The position numbers and the translations under genes are program-made. 64,000 nucleotides of DNA, from NCBI GenBank assembly GCA_963706025.1, contig CAVPLM010000008.1, positions 32,001 through 96,000 of the forward strand, in the 5' to 3' direction. The stretch is from an uncultured Actinomycetes bacterium (GTDB taxonomy: Bacteria > Actinomycetota > Thermoleophilia > RBG-16-64-13). Shown in pieces: positions 41,900-51,658 of the stretch. The stretch's first letter is position 1, and each line of letters starts with the position of its first letter. The notes beneath the pieces were generated by a model. It was given only the letters and a program-made list of their open reading frames with translations. It was not told the DNA's origin and did not search any database.

Positions 41900-43459
41900 A
41901 TGGCGAACGAACCTGTCCCGTCCGTGGCGAGTGAGATCAGCGCCGAACGCAAGATGCTCAAGCGTTCGCTGACGTTGCTGCCGCTTTTCGGGATCATCTA
42001 CTTCACCGTCAGCGGGGGGACGTTCGGGATCGAGCCCCTCTTCAGCTACTCGGGGGCCGGCATGGCCCTCCTTCTCATCTGCATCATCCCCTTCATCTAC
42101 AGCCTCCCCTACATCCTGATGGTGCGGGAACTACAGTCCATGATGCCCGTAGAGGGCAGCTACTACTACTGGACCAAGGAGGCCTTTGGGCCGTTCCCCG
42201 GCTTTCTGATCGCCTGGATGGACTGGGTGCTGACGTTGGTCGACGTGGCCATCTACCCGGTGCTGGCGGTGACCTATCTGAGCTTCTGGGTCCCCCAACT
42301 GACTGAAGGCGGCTGGGGTATGCCAGGCTGGGTGGTGCAGTGGCTGGCGGCTATCGCCATCATCTTGATCATCTCGCTCCTGCAGATACGGGGAGTGCGT
42401 TTGGCCGGAATGACCAGCGTCTGGATCGGGGTCATCCTGTTGATACCGATCGCAATCATGACCGTGCTCGGCTTCTACAACTGGGGAGCGCACGGGAGCA
42501 CCTTCGACATGATCTTCCTGCCCCAGGACACGTCGGTGTGGGGTGCCTTCAGCATCGGCTTATTCGTGGTCATGTGGAACTACATGGGCTGGGAGTCGCC
42601 GACCACCGCTGGTGACGAGATCGTCAAGCCCAGACGCACCTATCCCTTGGCCATGGCCCTGGTGCTCATCGCGGTAATCGCGACCTACGCCCTTCCGACG
42701 GTCGCCGCCCTCTACGGAGGCGCCGGTGAGGACAACAAGGTGCTGCTCTGGGGTCTCGAAGAAGAGGATGGCATCGGACAGGTGCTGCTCGAGGGGGGAA
42801 TGACGCAGGAACAGATGGACGCGGCGGGGGTCGACCCCACCGCCACGGAAGGTTGGTGGCTGCCGGACATCGCTCAGGCGGTAGGTGACGAGACGGCCGG
42901 CGAGGGAAGTTGGTTCGGGTCGTTCTTAGGCAACTTCATGATGGCGGCAGCCTTCCTCAGTATGGTCGGTCTGCTCATCGGTTGTAGCATCTCGGGTACG
43001 CGAATGCCGTTCGCTGTGGCGCAGGACGGGATGGCGCCCCTGTGGCTGGTCCGCGTTCACCACAAGTGGGGGACGCCGTGGGTCGCCATTGCGGTGACCG
43101 GCTTCTTCTTTGCCATCTTCTCGGTCAATGCCTTCGCGGCGTTGGTCGTCCTCGACGTGCTGCTCAACTCGTTCACGGTGCTCCTTGACTTCGCGGCCCT
43201 CTGGTGGCTGCGCCGAAAGAGACCCGACATCCCGCGGAGCAAGATACCGGGGGGTCTGGTCGGGCTGATCATCGCGACCATCCTGCCCGCGGCGGTCATC
43301 GTTTTCGCCATCGTGAGCCAGGTGAAGGAAGAGGGGTGGCGGGCCATCTGGCTGGCCGCGATCGCCATTGCGATCGCGCCTATCCTTTACTTTCCGTTCC
43401 GCAAGTATCTCAAGAAGGATCGTGGCGTTCCCGACGTGAATCCTTATGTCGAGGCGTGA
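41900..43459 (+). CDS. APC family amino acid/polyamine permease
   Basis: YFTVSGGTFGIE, MPVEGSYYYW, WNYMGWE, RMPFAVAQDG; about 12 TM. Confidence 0.92.
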   Translation: MANEPVPSVASEISAERKMLKRSLTLLPLFGIIYFTVSGGTFGIEPLFSYSGAGMALLLICIIPFIYSLPYILMVRELQSMMPVEGSYYYWTKEAFGPFPGFLIAWMDWVLTLVDVAIYPVLAVTYLSFWVPQLTEGGWGMPGWVVQWLAAIAIILIISLLQIRGVRLAGMTSVWIGVILLIPIAIMTVLGFYNWGAHGSTFDMIFLPQDTSVWGAFSIGLFVVMWNYMGWESPTTAGDEIVKPRRTYPLAMALVLIAVIATYALPTVAALYGGAGEDNKVLLWGLEEEDGIGQVLLEGGMTQEQMDAAGVDPTATEGWWLPDIAQAVGDETAGEGSWFGSFLGNFMMAAAFLSMVGLLIGCSISGTRMPFAVAQDGMAPLWLVRVHHKWGTPWVAIAVTGFFFAIFSVNAFAALVVLDVLLNSFTVLLDFAALWWLRRKRPDIPRSKIPGGLVGLIIATILPAAVIVFAIVSQVKEEGWRAIWLAAIAIAIAPILYFPFRKYLKKDRGVPDVNPYVEA

Positions 43460-43542
43460 CATGAAGGCGCTCTTGGTAGGCCAGGAACTGCGACGTATGA
43501 CCGCGGGGCTAGATGAAATACGCGGCCACGTGGTTGCTCTAC

Positions 43543-43590
43543 GCCTTCATGGCCTTCACCGGGCTGGTACCCTCGGAACACTCGAGCGGG
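43543..43590 (+). pseudogene. Short IS110-family transposase remnant
   Basis: Encodes AFMAFTGLVPSEHSSG, matching the IS110 GLxPxxxSSG motif. Confidence 0.55.
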
Positions 43591-43623
43591 TTGTCTCCCC
43601 ACCACGCTACGATGGGGGAGAGC

Positions 43624-43659
<36 letters not shown>

Positions 43660-43847
43660 TATGGTCTTCCGCAAGAAACCACGAAGTGGCTCCCACCAAG
43701 GTATGGGGGGATTCCGAACCCGCGAGGGCGCGAGCGTCAGCGAGACAGTCCCTTTGGACTGTCGAACAGCGAGCGGTCTGAGCCGAGCCGGACGGCGAGG
43801 CAAGGACGGCAGCTTGCGCGGCAAGATGCGCGAATCCCCCCTCTCCG
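43660..43847 (+). mobile_element. ~190 bp tRNA-linked element, copy 2
   Basis: Near-identical to 9288-9476; followed by the module hairpin at 43876-43900. Confidence 0.75.
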
Positions 43848-43946
43848 CTCGTTCGGAGGACAAACTTGATCTGAAGCCCGGTCAATGGGGCCGGGTTTCG
43901 AGCGCTGCTCGCGCAACGACTGCTATGATTCGCGAAGCGATCGAGA

Positions 43947-44750
43947 TCAGGTCCCCAGGAGGACCACCGCGTCGACGAACAACTCGTACTCGTCGTCCTC
44001 GTCCAGATCGCGGATGAGCACCTTTTCGACCTCGCCCTCGCCACGCACGGCAAGCAGGCGGGAGCGGAGGAGCACCTTGACGTCCGAGCGCTTGACGCCG
44101 GTCGCCACTTCCTCGGGGAGGCCGAGTGTCTCGAGCTCGGTGACGAAGATGACTCGGGGGGTGACGCCCGTGAGCGCGAGGGCAAGCCGGGCCGAAGGGA
44201 TTCCCTTGTCGACCACGAGCACGCGTTTGTCGGCGAGCACCGAGACATCGTCGAGGGAGACGTAGACGCCCTTGCCGGCATACTCTGCGACTCCCTGGAC
44301 CACCGTCGCCTCGCGGGCGCCGCAGCCCGCTCCCGCGGCGGCGATCTCTTCCGCGCCGAGGGGAGTGAGGCGCTTACCCGAGCGCCAGTTCTTGATGGCG
44401 TCGTGCAGCGCGTCGGCCGCAAGGTTCGAACAATGCATCTTGACCGGCGGCAGGCCGTCGAGGGCGTCCGCCACGTCGGCCCGGGTGACCTCCACAGCCT
44501 CGTCGAGGGTCTTTCCCATGACAAGCTCGGTGATCATGCTGGACGTGGCGACGGCCGAGCCGCAACCGAATGTCTGGAACTTGATGTCGTCGATACGGTC
44601 GTCCTTGACGCGAACGTACATCTCCATGAGGTCGCCACAGACAGGGTTACCGACGCGACCCACGGCCACGTCGTCGCCTTCGAGAATGCCTACGTTGCGG
44701 GGGTTGCGAAAGTGGTCGAGCGTCTTTTCGGAGTATTGAGTGGATTTCAT
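43947..44750 (-). CDS. iscU: IscU/NifU scaffold with C-terminal thioredoxin-reductase-like extension
   Basis: YSEKTLDHFRNPRNVG, GNPVCGD, FGCGSAVA, LPPVKMHCSNL; extension EYAGKGV..DKRVLVV..LFVDAV. Confidence 0.88.
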   Translation of the reverse strand: MKSTQYSEKTLDHFRNPRNVGILEGDDVAVGRVGNPVCGDLMEMYVRVKDDRIDDIKFQTFGCGSAVATSSMITELVMGKTLDEAVEVTRADVADALDGLPPVKMHCSNLAADALHDAIKNWRSGKRLTPLGAEEIAAAGAGCGAREATVVQGVAEYAGKGVYVSLDDVSVLADKRVLVVDKGIPSARLALALTGVTPRVIFVTELETLGLPEEVATGVKRSDVKVLLRSRLLAVRGEGEVEKVLIRDLDEDDEYELFVDAVVLLGT

Positions 44751-44759
44751 AGAAACTCC

Positions 44760-45938
44760 TCAGGCTTTGTCGTAGAGCGGTGACATGTCCCGCAGGCGTT
44801 TGACGATCCCGGGCAGGACGCTCATCACGCGGTCGATGTCCGACTCGCGGCTGTACCGGCCGAACGTGAATTCGAGCGACCCGTGAGCCTCTTCGTGGAG
44901 CAGCCCGCAGGAGATGAGGGTGCGTGAGGGCTCCAGGGTCTTGGAGGAACAAGCCGAGCCGGTGGACACCGCTATCCCTTGATCCCTCATGGACAACAAC
45001 AGCGATTCGCCTTCGACCCCGTCGAAGCGGAAGTGGGCGTTGTTGGGCAGGCGGTCGACCGGATGGCCGTTGAGGTGCGAGTCGGGGATGGTGGAGAGCA
45101 CCTCGCTGATGAGCCGGTCGCGCATCGCGGCGAGCCTCGGCGCCTCGGTGGCGAGTTCGGCTGCGGCGATCCGAGCGGCGGCAGCCATACCCACGATGCC
45201 CGGGAGATTCTCTGTGCCCGACCGCAGCCCACGCTCTTGTCCACCGCCCATGGTGATCGGCGCCAGCCGTACCCCCGAGCGCACGTACAGCGCTCCGAGC
45301 CCGGGAGGACCGTAGATGTCGTTGCTCGAGATCGTCAACAGGTCGACGGGCACGGTGGCCATGTCGATGGGCACCTGGCCTTCGGCAGCCACGGCGTCCA
45401 CGTGCAGCGCCACGCCGGTGCCCTTGAGCATCTCGGCGATGGCGGGGATGGGTTGCAGGGTCCCGATCTCATTGCTGGCCCAGCATACGGAGACAAGGAT
45501 CGTGTCGTCGGTGATCCGGGTGCGGAGCTTGTCGGGATTGATCCGGCCGAACTGGTCCGGAGGCACCTTGGTGACCCGGAAGCCTTCCTTCTCCAGGTAC
45601 TTGCCGATGTTGTGCAGGGAGATGTGCTCGACCTCGGAGATCACCAGGTGGTCGCCGGATCGCTTGTTTCGGCTCGCATAGCCGATCAGCGCCAGGTTGT
45701 TCGACTCGGTGGCGCCTGACGTGAAGACGATCTCTTCGGGCGACGCGCCGAGGAAGCCGGCGACGGCGGCCCGGCTCTGCTCGAACGTCTCCGTCGCCCG
45801 GTCACCCGGGGCGTGCAAGGAGGCTGGGTTGCCGAAGCGCTCCGTGAAGTAGGGCAGCATGGCCTCGACAACCCGGGGGTCCACCGGTCGGGCCGACTGA
45901 TAGTCTAGGTACACCTCATCTTCCGGCGGGAGCGCCAT
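44760..45938 (-). CDS. iscS: Cysteine desulfurase (IscS/NifS group I)
   Basis: YLDY, FGNPASLH, FTSGATESNN, GGGQERGLRSGTEN, STGSACSS. The PLP-lysine motif reads SSNDIYGP instead of SxHKxxGP. Confidence 0.88.
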   Translation of the reverse strand: MALPPEDEVYLDYQSARPVDPRVVEAMLPYFTERFGNPASLHAPGDRATETFEQSRAAVAGFLGASPEEIVFTSGATESNNLALIGYASRNKRSGDHLVISEVEHISLHNIGKYLEKEGFRVTKVPPDQFGRINPDKLRTRITDDTILVSVCWASNEIGTLQPIPAIAEMLKGTGVALHVDAVAAEGQVPIDMATVPVDLLTISSNDIYGPPGLGALYVRSGVRLAPITMGGGQERGLRSGTENLPGIVGMAAAARIAAAELATEAPRLAAMRDRLISEVLSTIPDSHLNGHPVDRLPNNAHFRFDGVEGESLLLSMRDQGIAVSTGSACSSKTLEPSRTLISCGLLHEEAHGSLEFTFGRYSRESDIDRVMSVLPGIVKRLRDMSPLYDKA

Positions 45939-45950
45939 CGGAGAGTCTGC

Positions 45951-46313
45951 CTAGAACCACATGGTGGCGCCGGCATCGAGAGCGAGATCATTCAGGGTCG
46001 CCGCGCCCACAATCTTCACCCCCTCGATGAGCTCGACCGCATCCCATCCGAGCATCTGCTTGGACGCTTCGCACACCAGAATGGGGATGCCCATTTCCAT
46101 GGTCTTGTCGAGCATCTCACGCACGCTCGGGAACGTACCGAGCTTGATCTTCTCGGCCTCTCCGGGTCGCAAGATGAGCAGGCCCATGCCGAGGTAGTAG
46201 ACCGTGGGCTTCAGATCCATCGCCTTCGCCGACTGGGCGAGTACGAGCGGAGAGTACTGTCGTGGAGGAGCGTCGCTGGTTTGCACATACAGGATGGCAT
46301 TCTCGTCTTTCAT
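45951..46313 (-). CDS. DsrE family protein
   Basis: VYYLGMG, GIPILVCEAS, ELIEGVKIVGAAT. Confidence 0.82.
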   Translation of the reverse strand: MKDENAILYVQTSDAPPRQYSPLVLAQSAKAMDLKPTVYYLGMGLLILRPGEAEKIKLGTFPSVREMLDKTMEMGIPILVCEASKQMLGWDAVELIEGVKIVGAATLNDLALDAGATMWF

Positions 46314-46325
46314 GGTGCTCGCCTC

Positions 46326-46568
46326 CTAGCGGCCTTTGCGTATCAAGAACCGTTTGTAGTCACCCCGATCCTCTATCAGAGCGACCTCGTGGCCCGCCCG
46401 CTTGGCGAACCTTGTAAGGTCTTCTTCCGCAGCCGGGTCGTCCGCAAGTATTTCGAGGATGTCGCCGACACGCAGACCGTCCATAGCCTCGCGCGTCTGA
46501 AACAGAGGCTCGGGGCAGAACAGGCCGATGCAATCGAGGGACTTCTCGGCTGGCTCTTCGTCGTGCAT
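46326..46568 (-). CDS. tusA: TusA/SirA sulfur carrier
   Basis: LDCIGLFCPEP, GDILEILADDPAAEED. Confidence 0.9.
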   Translation of the reverse strand: MHDEEPAEKSLDCIGLFCPEPLFQTREAMDGLRVGDILEILADDPAAEEDLTRFAKRAGHEVALIEDRGDYKRFLIRKGR

Positions 46569-46687
46569 GTGAACTCTCCCGGGGGAATCTGACCTTACTT
46601 TGCCCTGATGTTCCCCATTGTCGAGATATCTAAGCGCGGCGAGCCCAGCCGCAAGAAAAGGCGTCTTGAAGGCGCCCGCGGCTCTTG

Positions 46688-47227
46688 CTACTCGCTAGGC
46701 TTCCGGCAGACAATCTGGGCCATGGCTCTTCGAGGGTCTTCTAACAGGCCTTCAAAATAGTGGATGATGTGCCAGTCCTGAAACCAGTCAGCCAGCTCTC
46801 CGGGTTGCAGCAGATAGTCCGGATTATGAGGGTGGCCGTACTTGGGCTGTTCGCTGGTGAAGGTCTCATAGATGAGGATTCCCCCTTGGCGGATTCCTTT
46901 TCGGATACGGGGGATAAGCGGCCGATGGAGGTAGTGGAAGACCAGAATCGCCCGGTAGTAGTCCTCTTGAAGAGGATCCCTGCCGGTCTCCAGATCAACC
47001 TCCCAGAATTGCACCTTGAGTCCCCGGTCTTCTGCCGACCTTCGGGCCACTGCCAGCGCCTCTGGGGATCCATCTGCAAGAATGACCGGCAGGTTCCCGG
47101 CCAGGAATAGCCCATTTTCCCCCCTGCCACAAGCCAGATCCAGGACGGGACCTTCCAGGTTCTTGTCCTCCAGGAGAGAGCTGAATTCCGTTAGCAAAGG
47201 ATTCGGGGCCACCTGCGTACCTACCAA
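46688..47227 (-). CDS. Class I SAM methyltransferase (TehB-like)
   Basis: VLDLACGRGENGLFLA, FHYLHR, GGILIYETF, YLLQPGEL; N-terminus possibly truncated. Confidence 0.82.
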   Translation of the reverse strand: MVGTQVAPNPLLTEFSSLLEDKNLEGPVLDLACGRGENGLFLAGNLPVILADGSPEALAVARRSAEDRGLKVQFWEVDLETGRDPLQEDYYRAILVFHYLHRPLIPRIRKGIRQGGILIYETFTSEQPKYGHPHNPDYLLQPGELADWFQDWHIIHYFEGLLEDPRRAMAQIVCRKPSE

Positions 47228-47318
47228 GCTCGACCGTCAAGGCCCGTGTCTGCCTTGAGAACGGATTGTGGCTTTCGATAATATGACAGATTCCCACGTC
47301 TGGGGAGGGCTGGACCGA

Positions 47319-47343
47319 TACCGGAGGTTCGAATCCCCCACCG
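47319..47343 (+). repeat. Degenerate tRNA T-arm fragment
   Basis: TACCGGAGGTTCGAATCCCCCACCG. Confidence 0.65.
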
Positions 47344-47731
47344 CCTGGCCCAGCCCGCCATTTCAGCCACAACCCCGCGGCTCCCGCTACTTCCTCGCGC
47401 GGCACCAAACTGATCGCCCCCAGCGGCGCTCTAGGCAGTGTTCACCGCCACTATCACAAAAGGCGTGCCAACTCGGTAGTGTGATACAGCTCGAGCTTGG
47501 CTATCCGGGGCCGGACTTCTTCTCCGGAGCGGACCCTAGGGCCGACCCGGCGATACTCGAATCACTGAAGCAGCCGGGCAAGCTGCGCTGAAACGCGGGA
47601 GCAAGCATCATGCAGAGTGCGGCCGTTGTTGTTGAAAGGGGCCTCACGGCCCGGCAAACGCGTGTAAATACGGTCGTCCCCGGCGAGACTCCCCTCGAAG
47701 TCCGGGCGTGGAATAAGCGTTCGGCCGGACG

Positions 47732-49909
47732 TCAGCCTTCGTGGTCGCTTTGGAGGCTCTCCCCGCTGCCGGCGATCGTGATCCGTCGGCTCCGAGCAGC
47801 GAGTTTCGAGGGCCACCAGACCCTGTCGCCGACGTCGTACACCAGTGCGGGGACGAAAAGGGCGCGCACGACAAGCGCATCGAGCAGCACCCCGAAGGCG
47901 ACTATGAAAGCAAGTTGCACCAGGAACATTATCGGAATCACCGCCAGGGCCGCAAAAGTCGCGGCCAGTACGACTCCTGCCGAGGTGATCACACCACCGG
48001 TGGCGATCAGTCCGCGCAATACGCCCTCCCTGGTTCCGTGCACCAGCGACTCCTCGCGGACGCGTGTCATCAGGAATATGTTGTAGTCGATGCCGAGGGC
48101 GACCAAGAACACGAACGCATACAGTGGGACCGACGGGTCGGAGCCGGGGAATCCGAGCACGTTGTTGAAGACCACACTGGAGACGCCCAGGGCCGTGCCG
48201 AAACTCAGCACCGTCGTAAGCGTGAGCAGGAGCGGAGCCACGACGCTGCGGAGTAGCACCATCAGGATCAGCGTGATGACCACGAGCACCACCGGGATTA
48301 TGAGGTTGCGGTCGCGGGCGCCGGTCAGGTTCGTGTCGAGTGCCGTGGCCGTCGTACCGCCGACCATGATCGACGGGTCGACCGAGCGGAGCTCGGTGCG
48401 CAACTCCTTGACCGCCTGCTCGGCCTCCAGCGAGTCCGCCTTGTCCTCGAGGGTGAGTTGCAGCATCACGTCGCCATCGGCGACGGTGGGTGTCGCCTGC
48501 GCCAGTGGTCCGCCCTTCGGGAAGGGAACCGGGATCATACCGCTCGGTGAGTCCGCCGAGACTACGGAAGCGCTGCTCACTCCAGCAACGGCGAGAGCGA
48601 CCGCGGCAGCCTCGCCGAGCTTCTCCTCCGGAACGATCACCTGCGCGGGCTGACCCGAGCCACCGGGGAAGTGGGCGGCAAGAACGTTCTGCCCGTCACG
48701 CGCTTGCGACGGTCCCAACACCAGGTCGCTGGCCGACACCCCACCGGCCTGCAGACCGAGGAGCCCCAAGCAACCGAGCACCAGCACGATCCCAACGACG
48801 ATCCACATAGGCCGCGCTCGAGTCCGGACCGCCCCGGCTATCCTGACCCAACTGCTCTTCGGGTTCTGCTCGCCGTGCACGCTGCCGTACTCGACGTGGC
48901 GAGGCCAGAAGGCGGCCCGCCCGGCCAGGAGCAGCATGGCCGGAACGAACGTGAGAGCGGCCAGTACCGCGAACACGATGCCGACGGCGGCGACCGGACC
49001 CAGCGCCTTGTTGGAAGCCAGGTCGGAAAGGAGCAGGCACAAGAGCCCGGCGATGACAGTGCTGCCGGAGGCGACGATCGGTTCGACCGATCCCTTCCAC
49101 GCAGCCTTGGTGGCGTCCCAGACCGACCGGTGGTCGCGCAGGGCCTCGCGGAAGCGCGACACGTACAGAAGCGAGTAGTCGGTCGCCGCTCCGATGACGA
49201 GGATGAAGAGGATACCCTGCACCTGGGCGTTGATCTTTAGGAGATCGGCCTTCGCCAGATAGAAGCTCAGCGCGATCGCTGCGCACAGCGCGCTCATCGA
49301 CGCCAGAAGTACCATGATCGGCAGCAGCGGCGAGCGGTAGACGACCACCAAGATGATGAAGACGGCCGTCACCGCCACTACGAGCAACAGCCAGTCCACG
49401 CCGGCGAACCCGTTGCCCAAGTCCGCGCTCAGTCCCGCCGCGCCGGTGACGTACACAGCGAGGCCTTCCGGGGCCCCCTCGAGGCTCTTGCGAAGCTCCG
49501 CGACCGCCGCCCTGACGTCGGCCCCCGTGGACAGGGGCACGAAGATCTGCGCAGCCTCGCCGTCTGCGGACGGGATGGACGGAGACACTCCTCCCGAGAT
49601 GGCGGAGACCTGCTCGGGCAGGCGTGCAGACCGCGCCTGGAGCCAGGTCTTGTCCTCCAGACTCATCCCGCCGGCGCGCTCGGCCACCACCACGGCGGGG
49701 ATCGTAGAGTCCCCGAAGAAGTCGGTGAAGCGCTTCTGCACCTGAGTGGATTCGGCGCTGCTGGGAAGATAGGACGCCTGGTCGTTGACCGAGACCTCAC
49801 TGATGCGGCCGAAATAGGGGCCGCCGATACCGGCCACGGCTATCCACGCGATGGTCAGCGCAAGTCCGATCACAGGTCGAACCCAGCGTCGTGAAGGTTG
49901 TGCCGTCAC
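47732..49909 (-). CDS. MMPL family transporter
   Basis: GAATDYSLLYVSRFRE, LVALGIDYNIFL, TGGVITSAG. Confidence 0.95.
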   Translation of the reverse strand: MTAQPSRRWVRPVIGLALTIAWIAVAGIGGPYFGRISEVSVNDQASYLPSSAESTQVQKRFTDFFGDSTIPAVVVAERAGGMSLEDKTWLQARSARLPEQVSAISGGVSPSIPSADGEAAQIFVPLSTGADVRAAVAELRKSLEGAPEGLAVYVTGAAGLSADLGNGFAGVDWLLLVVAVTAVFIILVVVYRSPLLPIMVLLASMSALCAAIALSFYLAKADLLKINAQVQGILFILVIGAATDYSLLYVSRFREALRDHRSVWDATKAAWKGSVEPIVASGSTVIAGLLCLLLSDLASNKALGPVAAVGIVFAVLAALTFVPAMLLLAGRAAFWPRHVEYGSVHGEQNPKSSWVRIAGAVRTRARPMWIVVGIVLVLGCLGLLGLQAGGVSASDLVLGPSQARDGQNVLAAHFPGGSGQPAQVIVPEEKLGEAAAVALAVAGVSSASVVSADSPSGMIPVPFPKGGPLAQATPTVADGDVMLQLTLEDKADSLEAEQAVKELRTELRSVDPSIMVGGTTATALDTNLTGARDRNLIIPVVLVVITLILMVLLRSVVAPLLLTLTTVLSFGTALGVSSVVFNNVLGFPGSDPSVPLYAFVFLVALGIDYNIFLMTRVREESLVHGTREGVLRGLIATGGVITSAGVVLAATFAALAVIPIMFLVQLAFIVAFGVLLDALVVRALFVPALVYDVGDRVWWPSKLAARSRRITIAGSGESLQSDHEG

Positions 49910-50071
49910 CCTCTCCCCTACCGGTGGTTGCTCATGAATCCCGGGCCGCCTACGGAACCGTGGCGCCTCGAGCCTATGATGATATAGCTTCGGACACCTC
50001 GAGACCGGAAATCTGGTCGAGAGAGGAAGCTTGCCGTATTCGAGATCAACTCCCGCACCGCCGGATCAGAA

Positions 50072-51364
50072 TCACTCGTCTGGGGCCACGCGCGCGATCG
50101 GATGGTCGGATGCCGCCGATCCCGGCACCGGGTCTGCATCCAGCAACCTCCACGCGCGCAAGGGCAGCGCCGCCACGACCACGGCAAGCAGGCCGATGGC
50201 CAGGCCGATGAAGGCGGGACGCGTGCCGACCCCCTCGACCAAGAAGCCCACCGCCACGAAACCCGCCGGCCCCGCGGCCATCGCTGCCGAGTTGGTGGTC
50301 CCCACCACCCGCCCGCGCAGACGATGTGGCGTCCGGAGCTGCATCGCGTGGTTGAATAGCGGACCCACCGGTCCCCAAAAGATCCCGGACAGAGCCCCGG
50401 CAGCCAGCAGCTGGCCAAACCCAGGCAGGAAGGCCATCCAGACCAGGGAAAGAGTCGCTCCGATCATGCAGATGGACCACAGGCGCCGTCTCGACGTCCA
50501 ACGGACGAGTCGCTCGTAGGCGAGCGTACCCACCACGATACCCCCGCTCATCACCATCAGCACTGTGCCCAAGCGTTCCGGAGCTCCCAAGCTTGTGAAG
50601 TGTACGGGGAGTATCACGCCCTCCACCGGATAGTAGAGCGCCACGATGAGGGCCACGAACACGGTGAGGGGAAGGAGCAGGGGGTCGCGAACGATGAAGC
50701 GAAGTCCCTCGGTGGTCCCACGCCACAATCCCGCCGGGCGGGTCTCGTGCGGCGGCCGCCCGCTTCCGGGCAGGGCCCGAAGCGGAACGATGCTAACCGC
50801 GGCGAGCAGGAAGGCCACACCCGTGCCGATCAGTGCGCTGCTTGCTCCCCACAGTGCTATCAGCAATCCCCCGACGCCCGGCCCCACCAGATAGGCGAGT
50901 CCGAACACCGTCTCGTGGATGCCGTTAGCCCTGTCGAGCGTCCATCGCGCCCTACCGGCTGCCTCGGGGAGCATGGCCTCACGGGCGGAGGACCCGGCCG
51001 GGTCGAAGAGGGCGCCCAGGACTGCGAGCACGACCAGGACGCCGACGGAGAGGCCACCCAACACATCGAAGAGCGGTATGAGCAGTACGGAAACCGCCGA
51101 GAGAAGATCGGACACGATCGCGGAGAGTCGTCGACCCACCAGGTCGACCACAGTGCCTGAGACCAGGGCTACCAGCACCAGAGGCACCGCGGTTGCAGCC
51201 GCGACCACGCCCGCCATGGCCGCGCTGCCGGTGCGCTCCAGCACCAACCAGGGCAGGGCGACGCTCGTGATCCCGTTCCCGACCCCGCTCAGGAAGGTGG
51301 CGGACTCGAGCAGGAGCACATCACCCCGGTGCCGAGCAACCCCTTCCGGTCGATCCCGCGTCAT
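50072..51364 (-). CDS. MFS transporter (DHA3/Tap-like)
   Basis: VALPWLVLERTGS, GTVVDLVGRR, RTPHRLRGRV; about 12 TM. Confidence 0.92.
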   Translation of the reverse strand: MTRDRPEGVARHRGDVLLLESATFLSGVGNGITSVALPWLVLERTGSAAMAGVVAAATAVPLVLVALVSGTVVDLVGRRLSAIVSDLLSAVSVLLIPLFDVLGGLSVGVLVVLAVLGALFDPAGSSAREAMLPEAAGRARWTLDRANGIHETVFGLAYLVGPGVGGLLIALWGASSALIGTGVAFLLAAVSIVPLRALPGSGRPPHETRPAGLWRGTTEGLRFIVRDPLLLPLTVFVALIVALYYPVEGVILPVHFTSLGAPERLGTVLMVMSGGIVVGTLAYERLVRWTSRRRLWSICMIGATLSLVWMAFLPGFGQLLAAGALSGIFWGPVGPLFNHAMQLRTPHRLRGRVVGTTNSAAMAAGPAGFVAVGFLVEGVGTRPAFIGLAIGLLAVVVAALPLRAWRLLDADPVPGSAASDHPIARVAPDE

Positions 51365-51658
51365 CCGAGAGAGCGCCGCGGTTCTCGCCCAAGGCCCAGG
51401 GCCCCCACCTCCCGCCCGATTGTCCGAACGCTATCAGGACGGATGCACGGAAGCACCGGCGCCGGGCAAGGTCGGACGAGCCGAACTCGTTCAGGCCGAA
51501 GAGGTAGTCCACAAGGGCTTCGCGCAGGCGGGTGAGCAGTGGTGCTCGTCTCGACCGGCTTCATCGGCCGACTGTAACATACCCGGCGGCGCCGCGGCCT
51601 GCACGCCGGCCGCGGCGGCTGTCTTGCTTCGCCTGGGCTGAATCCCTATTGTTAGGCA

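Noticed and set aside
43543-43590. IS110 as the recombinase driving the array
   Set aside because: Only a 16-codon remnant; no DEDD domain or intact element.
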